Below are positions 40,507 to 50,600 of a DNA stretch of 64,000 nt, one piece after another. The notes beneath the pieces were generated by a model. The model ran no database searches and was not told the origin of the DNA. It worked only from the letters and a program-made list of their open reading frames with translations. The DNA comes from Chloropicon primus (Eukaryota): positions 248,001-312,000 of the forward strand of contig CP060771.1 of assembly GCA_023205875.1 (NCBI GenBank), in the 5' to 3' direction. A program made the translations under genes and the position numbers. The number at the start of each line of letters is the position of its first letter. Positions within the stretch are counted from its first letter, which is position 1.

Positions 40507-42198
40507 ATGAGCGAGAGCTGGGAGGACAAGGCGGAAGACAACCCACCGCAACCTGGCGGTGGAGATGGAAACACAGCACCGAACTTCAAGTTCAACGCCA
40601 ACGCTGCATCATTTAGTTTTAATCCTTCCGCAACTTCCTTCACCCCTCCAGGTGGAGCGAAGAAGGAGCCAGAAGCTGAGGTGGTGAAAGAAGTTGTACC
40701 GAAGGCCAGCGTCGTAACGGCTGCTCCTGCCGTTACGGAGGCGAAGAAGCCGCCGCCACAAACAACGGCATCGCCTGTGGTGAGGGAGAAGGCATCCAAG
40801 TCCAAGAGTTCTGGACCCAAGCAGAGCAGCAAAGCGAAGGAGGAAGCCGAGAAGAAGCTCCTGGAGGAGTTCAAAGCTCTCGGGAAGCAGAAGGAGCACG
40901 TCAACATCGTTTTCATCGGCCACGTGGATGCCGGAAAGTCCACGCTCGGTGGCCAGATTCTTTTCCTGACTGGGAATGTGGATGACAGGACCATCCAAAA
41001 GTATGAGAGGGAGGCCAAGGAGAAGAACAGGGACAGTTGGTACATGGCTTACATCATGGATACCAACGATGAGGAGAGGGCCAAGGGTAAGACGGTTGAG
41101 GTTGGCCGTGCCAACTTCGAGACGGAGAGGAAGAGGTACACCATATTGGACGCGCCCGGGCACAAGAACTATGTGCCGAACATGATCGGAGGAGCCTCTC
41201 AGGCTGATATTGGTGTCCTCGTGATTGCTGCGCGTAAGGGAGAGTTCGAGACTGGTTTTGAGAGGGGCGGGCAGACGAGAGAGCACGCCCAGCTGGCGAA
41301 GACCCTCGGAGTCACCAAGCTCATCGTGGTCGTGAACAAGATGGACGAGCCGAACATCTTGGAGGACGGAAAGTGGAGCAAGGCTCGGTACGACGAGATC
41401 CTCTCCAAGCTCTCGCCCTTCCTCAAGTCTTGCGGTTACAACATGAAGAAGGACGTCGTTTTCGTGCCGATCTCGGCGTACACCGGCGAGAACATTAAGG
41501 AGGCGGTGTCGAAAGAGAACTGTCCCTGGTGGGACAAGGGTCCGCTCTTCGACGTCATCGACAACTTGCAGCCCATTGATAGGCTGGACGACAGGCCCTT
41601 TAGAATGCCCGTCATGGACAAGTACAGCGATGGTGGCGCCATGGTGATGGGAAAGATCGAAGCGGGTGTGGCTGGCGTCAGCACCGAGCTGATGATGATG
41701 CCCAACAGGGTGCCTTGCAAGGTCCAGCAGCTTTTTAGGGACGAGGTGGAGGTCGACATGTGCGGCCCGGGGGAGAACCTGAGGGTGAAGCTCTCGGGAA
41801 TCGACGAGAAGGAGGTCCAGCCAGGCTTTGTATTATGTAGCATTGCGAGCCCAATACCGGTGGTGACCAAGTTCGAGGCACAGATCGCGACCCTCGAGCT
41901 GTTGGAGCACAAGGCCATCTTCACCGCGGGGTACAAGGCGGTGGTTCACTTGCATTCCATCGTGGAGGAGTGCGAGGTGCTGCAGTTGCTGTTCGAGATT
42001 GACCCGAGGAGCAAGGAGAAGAAGAAGACAAAGTTCGTGAAGAGCGGAAAGCTCGTTGTCGCCAGGCTCCAGACGACGAGGCCCATCCCGCTGGAAAAGT
42101 TCGGGGACGTGCCTCAACTTGGCAGGTTCACTCTGAGAGACGAGGGAAAGACCATCGCTATCGGCAAGGTCACCAAGCTCCCCAAGAGTCAAATATAA
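40507..42198 (+). CDS. SUP35: Eukaryotic peptide chain release factor GTP-binding subunit eRF3
   Basis: PAM2-like FNANAASFSFNPSATSFTP; GHVDAGKST, KGKTVEVGRA, DAPGH, NKMD, LGRFTLRDEGKTIAIGKV. Confidence 0.95.
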   Translation: MSESWEDKAEDNPPQPGGGDGNTAPNFKFNANAASFSFNPSATSFTPPGGAKKEPEAEVVKEVVPKASVVTAAPAVTEAKKPPPQTTASPVVREKASKSKSSGPKQSSKAKEEAEKKLLEEFKALGKQKEHVNIVFIGHVDAGKSTLGGQILFLTGNVDDRTIQKYEREAKEKNRDSWYMAYIMDTNDEERAKGKTVEVGRANFETERKRYTILDAPGHKNYVPNMIGGASQADIGVLVIAARKGEFETGFERGGQTREHAQLAKTLGVTKLIVVVNKMDEPNILEDGKWSKARYDEILSKLSPFLKSCGYNMKKDVVFVPISAYTGENIKEAVSKENCPWWDKGPLFDVIDNLQPIDRLDDRPFRMPVMDKYSDGGAMVMGKIEAGVAGVSTELMMMPNRVPCKVQQLFRDEVEVDMCGPGENLRVKLSGIDEKEVQPGFVLCSIASPIPVVTKFEAQIATLELLEHKAIFTAGYKAVVHLHSIVEECEVLQLLFEIDPRSKEKKKTKFVKSGKLVVARLQTTRPIPLEKFGDVPQLGRFTLRDEGKTIAIGKVTKLPKSQI

Positions 42199-42857
42199 TA
42201 AAATACCATTCCCCACAAGCGGCCTAAGCGCGAGGGCAGGCCCCTTTTCTTGTAATCCAATATCAAAACACCCTTTGTTCCAAAGTCCTCATTGTATGCA
42301 GACAGGCAACGTCGCCGTCGACGACGACAGCTTTGCTTGTCATGTAGACCAAACCAGCCAGACCAACACGGAAGAGAGAGAGAGAGAGAGGGATGGAGGG
42401 ACAACAGGCAAGGCAAGGCAAGGCAACGCAAGGCAAGGAAGAGCATCCTCCATGGGCATGTACAGAGAGAGGGTGCGTGCGTGAATGAGACGATCCCTGG
42501 GGTTCCATCATGGATGGAGAATTCGAGCAAAGGCGTTTCCAGGCAAGAACATAGACTCTGCTGGAGAGGAGTTTGAGGTACTTTTCTCTGTGACACGATC
42601 AGAGGGCGAGGGCTTGCGAATTCGTGAAAGGGCATCGCACAAGACGATTCTACATCTCTTGCTCTTTCTGCTGATCACTTGCTTGTACGATTTGACCCCG
42701 TGGGTCGTAAGATACGGCATATCTTGGCACCACTGGACTGCTCTGCAGGGCTGTAGCCTGCTCGACAACGCCATAGAGTTGGCGGGCAGTGCAACCTCGT
42801 CGCACAGGAAGACTCTTCATCCATTTCTCTCACTGTTGAGTCATCGTTGCTTGAACG

Positions 42858-45539
42858 ATGAGTGCAGGCTTAGTGGCTCACCCTGTCCAGAACCAATCGG
42901 CTCTGTTGGATGGTGGCGGTGGTGGCGATGATGTTGAAGTTGATGCTCAAGCTGAGGACTGGGAGTTGGAGCCGGATAATGGCAAGCCAAAGTTCTCCTG
43001 CATCGAGGCCAAGCACATTATCCTTCGGCATTTTGGCCTGCGCGTGCCGGTGACGAAGATAAAGGAGCTCGACAGCGAGAGGGACAGAAACTTCGTGGTG
43101 GAGGCCGAGTCGGGCAAGAAGTATGTGCTCAAAGTCAGCTGCTCCTCGGAAAACATCGGGGTTCTCGAGATGCAGGAAGCCGCTTGGAGCCACTTGCGCC
43201 AACGTGGGCTGCATGGGGTGCCATTTCCCGTCAGCAGCATCCGTCCAAAGCCAGGGAGGAGCATCGTGGAATACAAGTCGGGCAATCTTTGCAGACTCGT
43301 CGAGTATGTGGAAGGCGTGCCACTGTCGGAGCTTGAATCGGTATCCGATAACGCTTGGCTCCAGATCGGCCGATACATGGGACGGCTGAGCGCGGGGCTG
43401 CAAGATTTCGAGCACGACGCTTCGGACAGGCGCCACTGCTGGGACCTTCGGAGAGGCGAGCAGGTCGTGAGGGACTGCTTGCCGTACATCGGCTCTGAGA
43501 ATCGGCTGGCGTGCCTCAAGGAGGCCGCGTTTGTCTTTCAAAGCTTCAGGGAGGAGTTCAGGGAGGAGTTCGAGTCCCTGCGAAGGAGTGTGATTCACGG
43601 CGATTGTAACGACAATAACGTGATCACGAGGAATGGAAAGTTCGAGTGTCTGATCGACTACGGTGACATGTGCCTGTCCTACACCGTGGCCGAGCTCGCC
43701 ATCGCTTGCGCGTACGCATCGATGTATCCCGATCCTTTGAGCAATATCAAGACTCTCGTGCAGGCGTACCAGTTGGACTTCAAGCTTACGGACGGGGAGG
43801 CCATCTTTTTGATTCCCCTCATCGTTCATAGGCTCTGCGTCAGTTGCTCCATCTCCTCGAGAAACTCGAAGAGGAATTCGGAGAACGAGTACTTGCAAGT
43901 CAACAGTGGCTCTGCATGGTCCTCCCTAAAGTACTTTCAGTCATTGGGTTCCCAGCAAGTCCTCGAGTTTTTGGGTCACTGCTTCCCCTCAGTCTTGTTC
44001 GACAGAGTGCGGTACGAAAGGTGCTGGGAGGACTCCCACAAGCCTTCGAGGACATCATCCGGGTTGAAGTCCGACAAGACGATGATCCGAACAAAGTCTG
44101 AGCTTGACCTCCTGAAAGAGATGAGGACGCGGGTCATGGGAAGCAATATCTCCCTGCTGTACGAGGATCCAATCCACCTTGTCAGCGGATCGGGGTGTTA
44201 TTTAGTCGACGAAAAGGGAAAGATGTATCTGGATGCTGTCAATAATGTCCCGCACGTCGGGCACTCCAATGCAACGGTGGCGAAAGCCGTCGCCGAAGCC
44301 ATGCAAAAGTTGAATACGAACACGAGGTACATCAGAAGAGACTATCTTGAGTACGCGCGAGACCTGCTGGCTACGTTCCCCCCGTCCTTGGAAGTTGTGT
44401 ATTTTTGCAACTCGGGCTCTGAGGCGAGCGATCTGGCCCTCCGAATAGCTAGAGAGTTTGGTCACAGCAAGAAAAAGTCTGACGTCGTTGTGATGAACGG
44501 AGCTTATCATGGGCATACAGCCAGTACAATCGGCATCAGCCCGTACGAATTCAAGAGGCTGGGTGGAAAGGGAAAGCCTGAAAGCACGCACGTCATGCCC
44601 TTTCCCGACACCTGCCGTAACCTCCACTTGGATGGGGATAAAGAATCCAAAAAAGTCTTGGAGGCAGCGCGCAGGTCAGGGAGAAAGGTGTGCGCGTTCA
44701 TCTGCGAATCTCTTTTGAGTTGTGGCGGCCAAGTCATCTTGCCACAAGGGTACTTGAAGGCAGTGTATGCGAACATGAAAGCTGCGGGTGCCATATGCAT
44801 CGCGGACGAGGTCCAGTGCGGCTTCGGAAGGTCCGGGGAGCACTTTTGGGCATTTCAAAGCCAGGAAGACGTCCTGCCTGACATCGTGGTTCTGGGGGAA
44901 AGCATCGGAAATGGCTTTCCGTTGTCCGCGGTCGTGACGACGAGGGAGCTTGCGGATACATCTGCGAACGGCATGGAATACTTTAACACGTTCGGAGGCT
45001 GCAACGCCGCGATAGCTGCAGGCCATTCGGTTCTCAAGGTATTGAAAGAGGAGAATTTGCAGGAGAACGCAAAGGCAGTGGGGCGTTACCTCTTGCAGGA
45101 GCTGAAACAAATCACCAAAGACTGTGATTTTATGGGGGACGTCAGGGGCCTCGGCTTGTTCTTGGGCATCGAATTCGTTATCTCGAAAGAGGATATGCTT
45201 TATGCGCCCAACATGGCCAAATTCATTGCAAACGTCTTCAAGAAGAGATGCGTTCTCGTGAGTACGGACGGCATGTTCGAGAACGTCATCAAGATCAAGC
45301 CACCCGTTTGTTTTACTATGCAGCAGGCGGACACCCTCCTCCGGACGCTGAGGACGATCCTCGAAAAGGACCTGACTGACGATCTGATCGCCCAGCTGAG
45401 GGAAAAGGATTTGACTTATAACGAGAACCTGAAGGAAAGCGACAGGGAAGCCCAGTCCAGTTCTGGAACATCGGTCATCTGCGCTGGCATCTGCCTTGCC
45501 TCCGTCGGCATCCTTGCGATGAGCTCATTAATACCTTGA
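42858..45539 (+). CDS. Fusion of hydroxylysine-kinase-like phosphotransferase and class III PLP phospho-lyase (PHYKPL/ETNPPL-like)
   Basis: LDSERDRNF, IHGDCNDNNV, IDYGD (APH kinase fold); YLDAVNNVPHVGH, NSGSEASDLALR, AYHGHT, DEVQCGFGR, EYFNTFGG, KIKPP; hydrophobic C-terminal tail. Confidence 0.85.
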   Translation: MSAGLVAHPVQNQSALLDGGGGGDDVEVDAQAEDWELEPDNGKPKFSCIEAKHIILRHFGLRVPVTKIKELDSERDRNFVVEAESGKKYVLKVSCSSENIGVLEMQEAAWSHLRQRGLHGVPFPVSSIRPKPGRSIVEYKSGNLCRLVEYVEGVPLSELESVSDNAWLQIGRYMGRLSAGLQDFEHDASDRRHCWDLRRGEQVVRDCLPYIGSENRLACLKEAAFVFQSFREEFREEFESLRRSVIHGDCNDNNVITRNGKFECLIDYGDMCLSYTVAELAIACAYASMYPDPLSNIKTLVQAYQLDFKLTDGEAIFLIPLIVHRLCVSCSISSRNSKRNSENEYLQVNSGSAWSSLKYFQSLGSQQVLEFLGHCFPSVLFDRVRYERCWEDSHKPSRTSSGLKSDKTMIRTKSELDLLKEMRTRVMGSNISLLYEDPIHLVSGSGCYLVDEKGKMYLDAVNNVPHVGHSNATVAKAVAEAMQKLNTNTRYIRRDYLEYARDLLATFPPSLEVVYFCNSGSEASDLALRIAREFGHSKKKSDVVVMNGAYHGHTASTIGISPYEFKRLGGKGKPESTHVMPFPDTCRNLHLDGDKESKKVLEAARRSGRKVCAFICESLLSCGGQVILPQGYLKAVYANMKAAGAICIADEVQCGFGRSGEHFWAFQSQEDVLPDIVVLGESIGNGFPLSAVVTTRELADTSANGMEYFNTFGGCNAAIAAGHSVLKVLKEENLQENAKAVGRYLLQELKQITKDCDFMGDVRGLGLFLGIEFVISKEDMLYAPNMAKFIANVFKKRCVLVSTDGMFENVIKIKPPVCFTMQQADTLLRTLRTILEKDLTDDLIAQLREKDLTYNENLKESDREAQSSSGTSVICAGICLASVGILAMSSLIP

Positions 45540-45553
45540 CGGAAGGTCGATAA

Positions 45554-46570
45554 TTATGATTGCTCACTTCGTTTTTGTATTTTTATGGGCCCCTGGGATA
45601 AGAGCGCTCGAAACTGATCGAGTTTTGCATCTTCCGCCGCCTTGTGCCTCACGAGCTTCTCTTCCATCTCGAGCCGTTTGATGTCCCTCCTTGCCTGGTA
45701 CTTTTGCTTCCGGCCGTCCTCTCGTCGCCTCGCGTCCGCGAAGGAGTCCCCCCCGCCCATGAGATCAGCCTGCGAGAGCGGGGCAAAGTCCTGCTGTTCC
45801 GCCTCTCTTTCCCTTGCGAAGGCCCTCTGTGCGGTCTTCTTCTCGCGCAAAGCATCGCGCCCCGTCGCTTTGGGGAACATCTCATCCAGAAGCTCCTTTT
45901 GCTCCCTGCCTCTCTTCCGCCGACTTTCCTTTTCCCTCCGCCACTGCTCTTCCCTGCTTTCGAACTTCCTCTCCGTGTCCTCAATAAGGCTTTCCCTTTC
46001 CTTCCGAAGCGCTCCCTCCCTCAATAACGCGGCGCTGCTGCCCTTCTTCGCCGGCCTCGTTCTTGGCACGGTGAAGCCACTCTCCAGGCCCTCGTAAAAC
46101 TTGGCATCTAGCCCGTTCGAGTTCCAAGCCTTGACGAAATCCTTGAACAGCGAGCGAGCCTCGTCGCTCTGCAAGTCGCCAAAATACTTGTCCTTCTCCT
46201 CGATCAAGTAGAAGCAAAACTCTGGGTTCTTCAGAAAGTAATCCGTGTCATCGATGGGCACGATCTTCCCAAGGTACTTGCGCATTGGCTGAGCAGGCTT
46301 CGGCCGCTCAGCACCGCGATCACCTTCGTCATTCCCCTGCCCCCCCCTTGATCCGTGCCTGTGCTTCCTGTGTCTCCTCTTCCTCCTCCTTTCCTCACCG
46401 CTCGCCGAGCACGGAGACCTCGACCTCGACCTCGACCTTCCCCTCGAAGACCTCGCCCTCCCGGCATCATCCCCCTCGTGACGATGGTGATGGCGGTGGT
46501 GGTGGTGATGGCGATGGCCCGATCTCGAGGACTTGTGCCTGTGCCTCCTGCTTCCCTCCCCCTCCCCCAT
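45554..46570 (-). CDS. Nuclear Arg/Ser/His-rich protein, style cell-cycle inhibitor 1 (SCI1)-like
   Basis: RS-rich N-terminus; DYFLKNPEF...EEKDKYFGDLQSDEARSLFKDFVKAWN...FYEG; LLDEMFPKATGRD; LMGGGDSF. Confidence 0.7.
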   Translation of the reverse strand: MGEGEGSRRHRHKSSRSGHRHHHHHRHHHRHEGDDAGRARSSRGRSRSRSRSPCSASGEERRRKRRHRKHRHGSRGGQGNDEGDRGAERPKPAQPMRKYLGKIVPIDDTDYFLKNPEFCFYLIEEKDKYFGDLQSDEARSLFKDFVKAWNSNGLDAKFYEGLESGFTVPRTRPAKKGSSAALLREGALRKERESLIEDTERKFESREEQWRREKESRRKRGREQKELLDEMFPKATGRDALREKKTAQRAFAREREAEQQDFAPLSQADLMGGGDSFADARRREDGRKQKYQARRDIKRLEMEEKLVRHKAAEDAKLDQFRALLSQGPIKIQKRSEQS

Positions 46571-46590
46571 CACAACTCAACCATTGAACA

Positions 46591-46650
<60 letters not shown>
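46591..46650. repeat. (GAT)20 microsatellite just upstream of the SCI1-like gene
   Basis: Perfect trinucleotide run read directly. Confidence 0.95.
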
Positions 46651-46651
<1 letters not shown>

Positions 46652-47609
46652 TTGTTGATGTCGAATCGTCTAAGAGTCGCACCAACTCAAACGAGGCACC
46701 GATGGAAACCTTGCGAGGCGTAGAACCCGAAACACGCGCCTCCTCCTCCTTTATCGACTGGGATCCCACCCCAAATGCCTCTCTCCTGCGTGTCCCTTCC
46801 TCGATGTTGTGACTCTCCGTCGTATCCGATGAGATGGCAAGCAGAGTGCTTTCCAAGACGCCAAATGAGACAAACAAAATATCAATCGAAAGATACCGAG
46901 ACGTATCTTCCTTCCGTGATGCGCCAGAAGTCTCTACCCTTCTCTCTAAACGCTCACACTCTCCTCAATGGCGTCCCTTTCCTCGCTCCAAAAGGCTCCA
47001 AGGATCAACTTCCCTGCAACCTTTACCGACCACTCCGAGGGCCAAACCCGTCGAGTAAACGCTCGTTGGAAAGATGTCGAGGCGTAGAATCCGAATAAGT
47101 CGCCTCCTCCTCTCTTCGTTCTCCGCGTCCACCTCAAATCGTCCGTCCTTTGCCCGCCTCTCTCTCCGCTTTCGTCGTGAGGGCTCGTGAGAGAGTGTTC
47201 TTTTCTTTACACTTCATGGCTTCATGGCGGCTGCTGAAGACTGGGAGAGAGAGAGACCGTGACAGGTTGAGGTAAGTTGCGATATTGGCGACGAGGAGGG
47301 GGATGGAAGGAGAGACGGATGGCACAAGTCGATGCGTCTCGTCTTTCTCTTTCCAACGATGGGTTACATGACAGGGTTGGCGTCCTGGATGGCTGACTGT
47401 TGCTGGTGTTTGTGTCATCGATGCGGTGCAGAGGTTGAGAAGGATGGAAAGGGAGAGGGAGTGAAGGGAAGGGATTGGGGTGAAGGAGAGGAAGAGACAG
47501 GGGATCGGGCTCATTACACCTCGTGAATCGTGGTCTGACCCCTTTGAGGCGTAACACGTCGCTCCCGTAACGCATCGCGAGTGGCTTGTGGTTTGGTTGT
47601 GCCAAGGCC

Positions 47610-50600
47610 ATGGCCGTTCCCGTGGGAGGCAGCATGGGCGGAGAGAAGGAGGAGGAGTGCCGAGGGGAGGAGGAGGATCACAGGATCAAGGGAATCGAGT
47701 TTGAGATCTTCGGTGACGAGGACATCAAGAAAGTCAGTGCTTTGGAGATTGTGGAGAGGAACTTGTACACGTCGAACCCACAGAGTGATAAGAGGCCTCT
47801 GCCCAACGGTGTGTTGGACACGAGGCTTGGTATCAGCGACAGGAAGCTCGAGTGCCAGACATGCAAGGGGAGGCTGACGGATTGCGCGGGACACTTTGGC
47901 TTCGTTCGCCTGGAGCTTCCTGTGTTTCACATCGGTTACTTCAAGCACGTCCTGTCGATCTTGCAGTGCGTGTGCAAGGAGTGCTCGCGCATACTCGTCC
48001 CTGAGGTGGAGAAGGTCGAGTTTCAGAGGATTATGGGAGCCAAGAACATCGAGGTGAACAGACGGAATGCGACTTTCAAGAAGCTGATCGAGAGGTGCAA
48101 GCGCGTGAAGGTGTGTCAGGTGTGCCAGGCGAAGAACGGGTCCGTCAAGAAGGTCCCCAACCATCTCAAAATAAGTCACGACAAGTTTCACAAGGACGAG
48201 AAGTCGAAGAAGCAGTTCCTTGAAAAGTTCAACGACACGAAGAACGACATCGATGGCTTCGAGCAGCACGCTAACAAAGCGACGGAGAACCTGAACTGCC
48301 TTAGGGTGTGGGAGATCTTCAAGAGGATCAGGCCAGAGGACAGGAGCCTGTTGAACATCAGGGTGCCCCCAGAGAAGCTCTTGATGACTCACATCCCTGT
48401 CCCCCCGGTGTGCATCAGGCCATCCATTGAGATGGAGATGTCCTCCGCGACGAATGAGGACGACATCACGATGAAACTGATACAGATCGTGGAGGTGAAC
48501 AATAGCTTGAGGCAAAGCATCGAGAAGGGTCTGGCTCTGACCGGGCTCATGGAGCATTGGGACTTTCTCCAGATGCAGTGCGCGATGTACATCAATAGCG
48601 AGGCGCCGGGCCTGCCCCCGGTCTACCACCCGCACACCAAGCCCTTGCGCGGCTTCGTCCAGAGGCTTAAGGGAAAGCAAGGGAGGTTCAGGGGCAACCT
48701 CTCGGGAAAGCGTGTTGACTTCAGTGGCAGAACTGTGATTACTCCAGACCCGAACTTGTCCATTGACGAGGTTGGCATTCCAGAGCACGTCGCGAAGGCT
48801 TTGACGTACCCCGAGAGGGTCACCCGATACAACATCGAAAAGCTCAGAAAGTGCGTGAACAACGGGATCAACGTCCACCCGGGAGCCTGCTTTGTGATAG
48901 CAAAGAACGGGAAAAGCAAGACGTACTTGAAGTACGGTAACAAGAAGAAGATTGCGGAGGGTATCCAGATCGGCGACGTCATCGAAAGGCACTTGGAAGA
49001 TGGGGACATCGTCCTCTTCAACAGGCAGCCTTCTTTGCACAAAATGTCGATCATGGCCCACAGGGTCAGGGTAATGCCCTGGAGGACCTTTAGGTTCAAC
49101 GAGTGTGTCTGCACTCCCTACAATGCTGATTTCGACGGTGACGAGATGAATCTTCATGTCCCGCAGACCGAGGAAGCCAGGACCGAGGCTCTGGTCCTGA
49201 TGAGCGTATCGCAGAACTTGTGCTCGCCAAAGAGTGGCGAGCTCATTGTATCTGCTATCCAGGACTTTCTGACGTGCTCCCACCTGATCACTAAGAAAAG
49301 CGTCTTTTTTGACCGGACAGAGTTCACTCGCCTTGCTTGTTTTGTATGCGAGGCTTCGTCAGCCATGACTCTGCCATCCCCCGCGATACTGAAACCTGTG
49401 GAGCTCTGGACCGGGAAGCAACTTTTTAGCATGATTGTGAGAGAGACCATGTCCTCGTCCACGAAAATTAATTTGGAGCTCCCGGAGAAGATATATTCCA
49501 AGAAAGACAAGTCCATGTGCGCTGTGGACGGCTGGGTCATCATCAGAGAGAGCCAGCTGATTTGCGGAAACCTTGGTAAGGCTACATTAGGAACGGGTAG
49601 CAAGGAAGGGCTGTTCGCGCTGCTTATCCGGGACTACAGCCCTACAGTCTCGATGGTTTGCATGAACAGGCTCGCAAAGCTAAGTTCGAGGTGGCTGGGA
49701 ATGTTTGGCTTCTCAATTGGGATTGATGATGTCACCCCCGGCCACTCCCTTGTTGGCGGAAAGGAAGAGACTGTCAACAGAGGATACTCTGCTTGCCAGA
49801 ACCATATCGATCTTTACAACGACGGCGAACTTGAGTTGGCACCAGGGTGCGACAAGGACCAGACCCTTGAGGTCCTCGTCTCAAGCGAGTTGAACCAGAT
49901 CCGTGAAGAGGCAGGAAAGATGTGCATCAAGGAGCTGAATCCGAAAAATAGTGCTCTGATCATGGCCCAGTGTGGCTCGAAGGGATCTCCGCTGAACATC
50001 AGTCAGATGGTTGCTTGCGTGGGCCAGCAAAATGTGAACGGGCAAAGAATCGAGAATGGCTTCAAGAATAGAACGCTTCCTCACTTTGGGAAGCACACAA
50101 AAAGCCCAAACTCGAAAGGTTTCGTCAAGTCTTCCTTCTTTGACGGGATGTCTCCCACTGAGTTTTTCTTCCACACCATGGCAGGAAGAGAGGGCCTCGT
50201 GGACACGGCCGTGAAGACGGCAGAGACGGGCTACATGTCCAGGCGCCTGATGAAGGCCTTGGAGGACCTGGCGACTAGGTACGACAACACGGTGAGAACT
50301 TGCAATGGCGTCGTGATCCAATTTACTTACGGTGATGACAGCCTAGACCCTGTTGAAGTGGAGGAGAAGGATGGTAACCCTGTGAATTTCGAAAGGATTC
50401 TGAACCTGGTTCGGACGCGAAATCCCTCGAACGCGAAGGATAGCCTGCTTCCGCAGCAGATCAAGAATGCGATCAGGAAGGCAACCTCCAATGAGACGCT
50501 ATTGAGCGGGATGGGAAGCTTGTGCACGCTGAGGGAAACTCTAGATAAGGGGGAGGTCTGCAGCGCTTTTCAGCATTGGGTCGAAAGGAAAATGCATACG

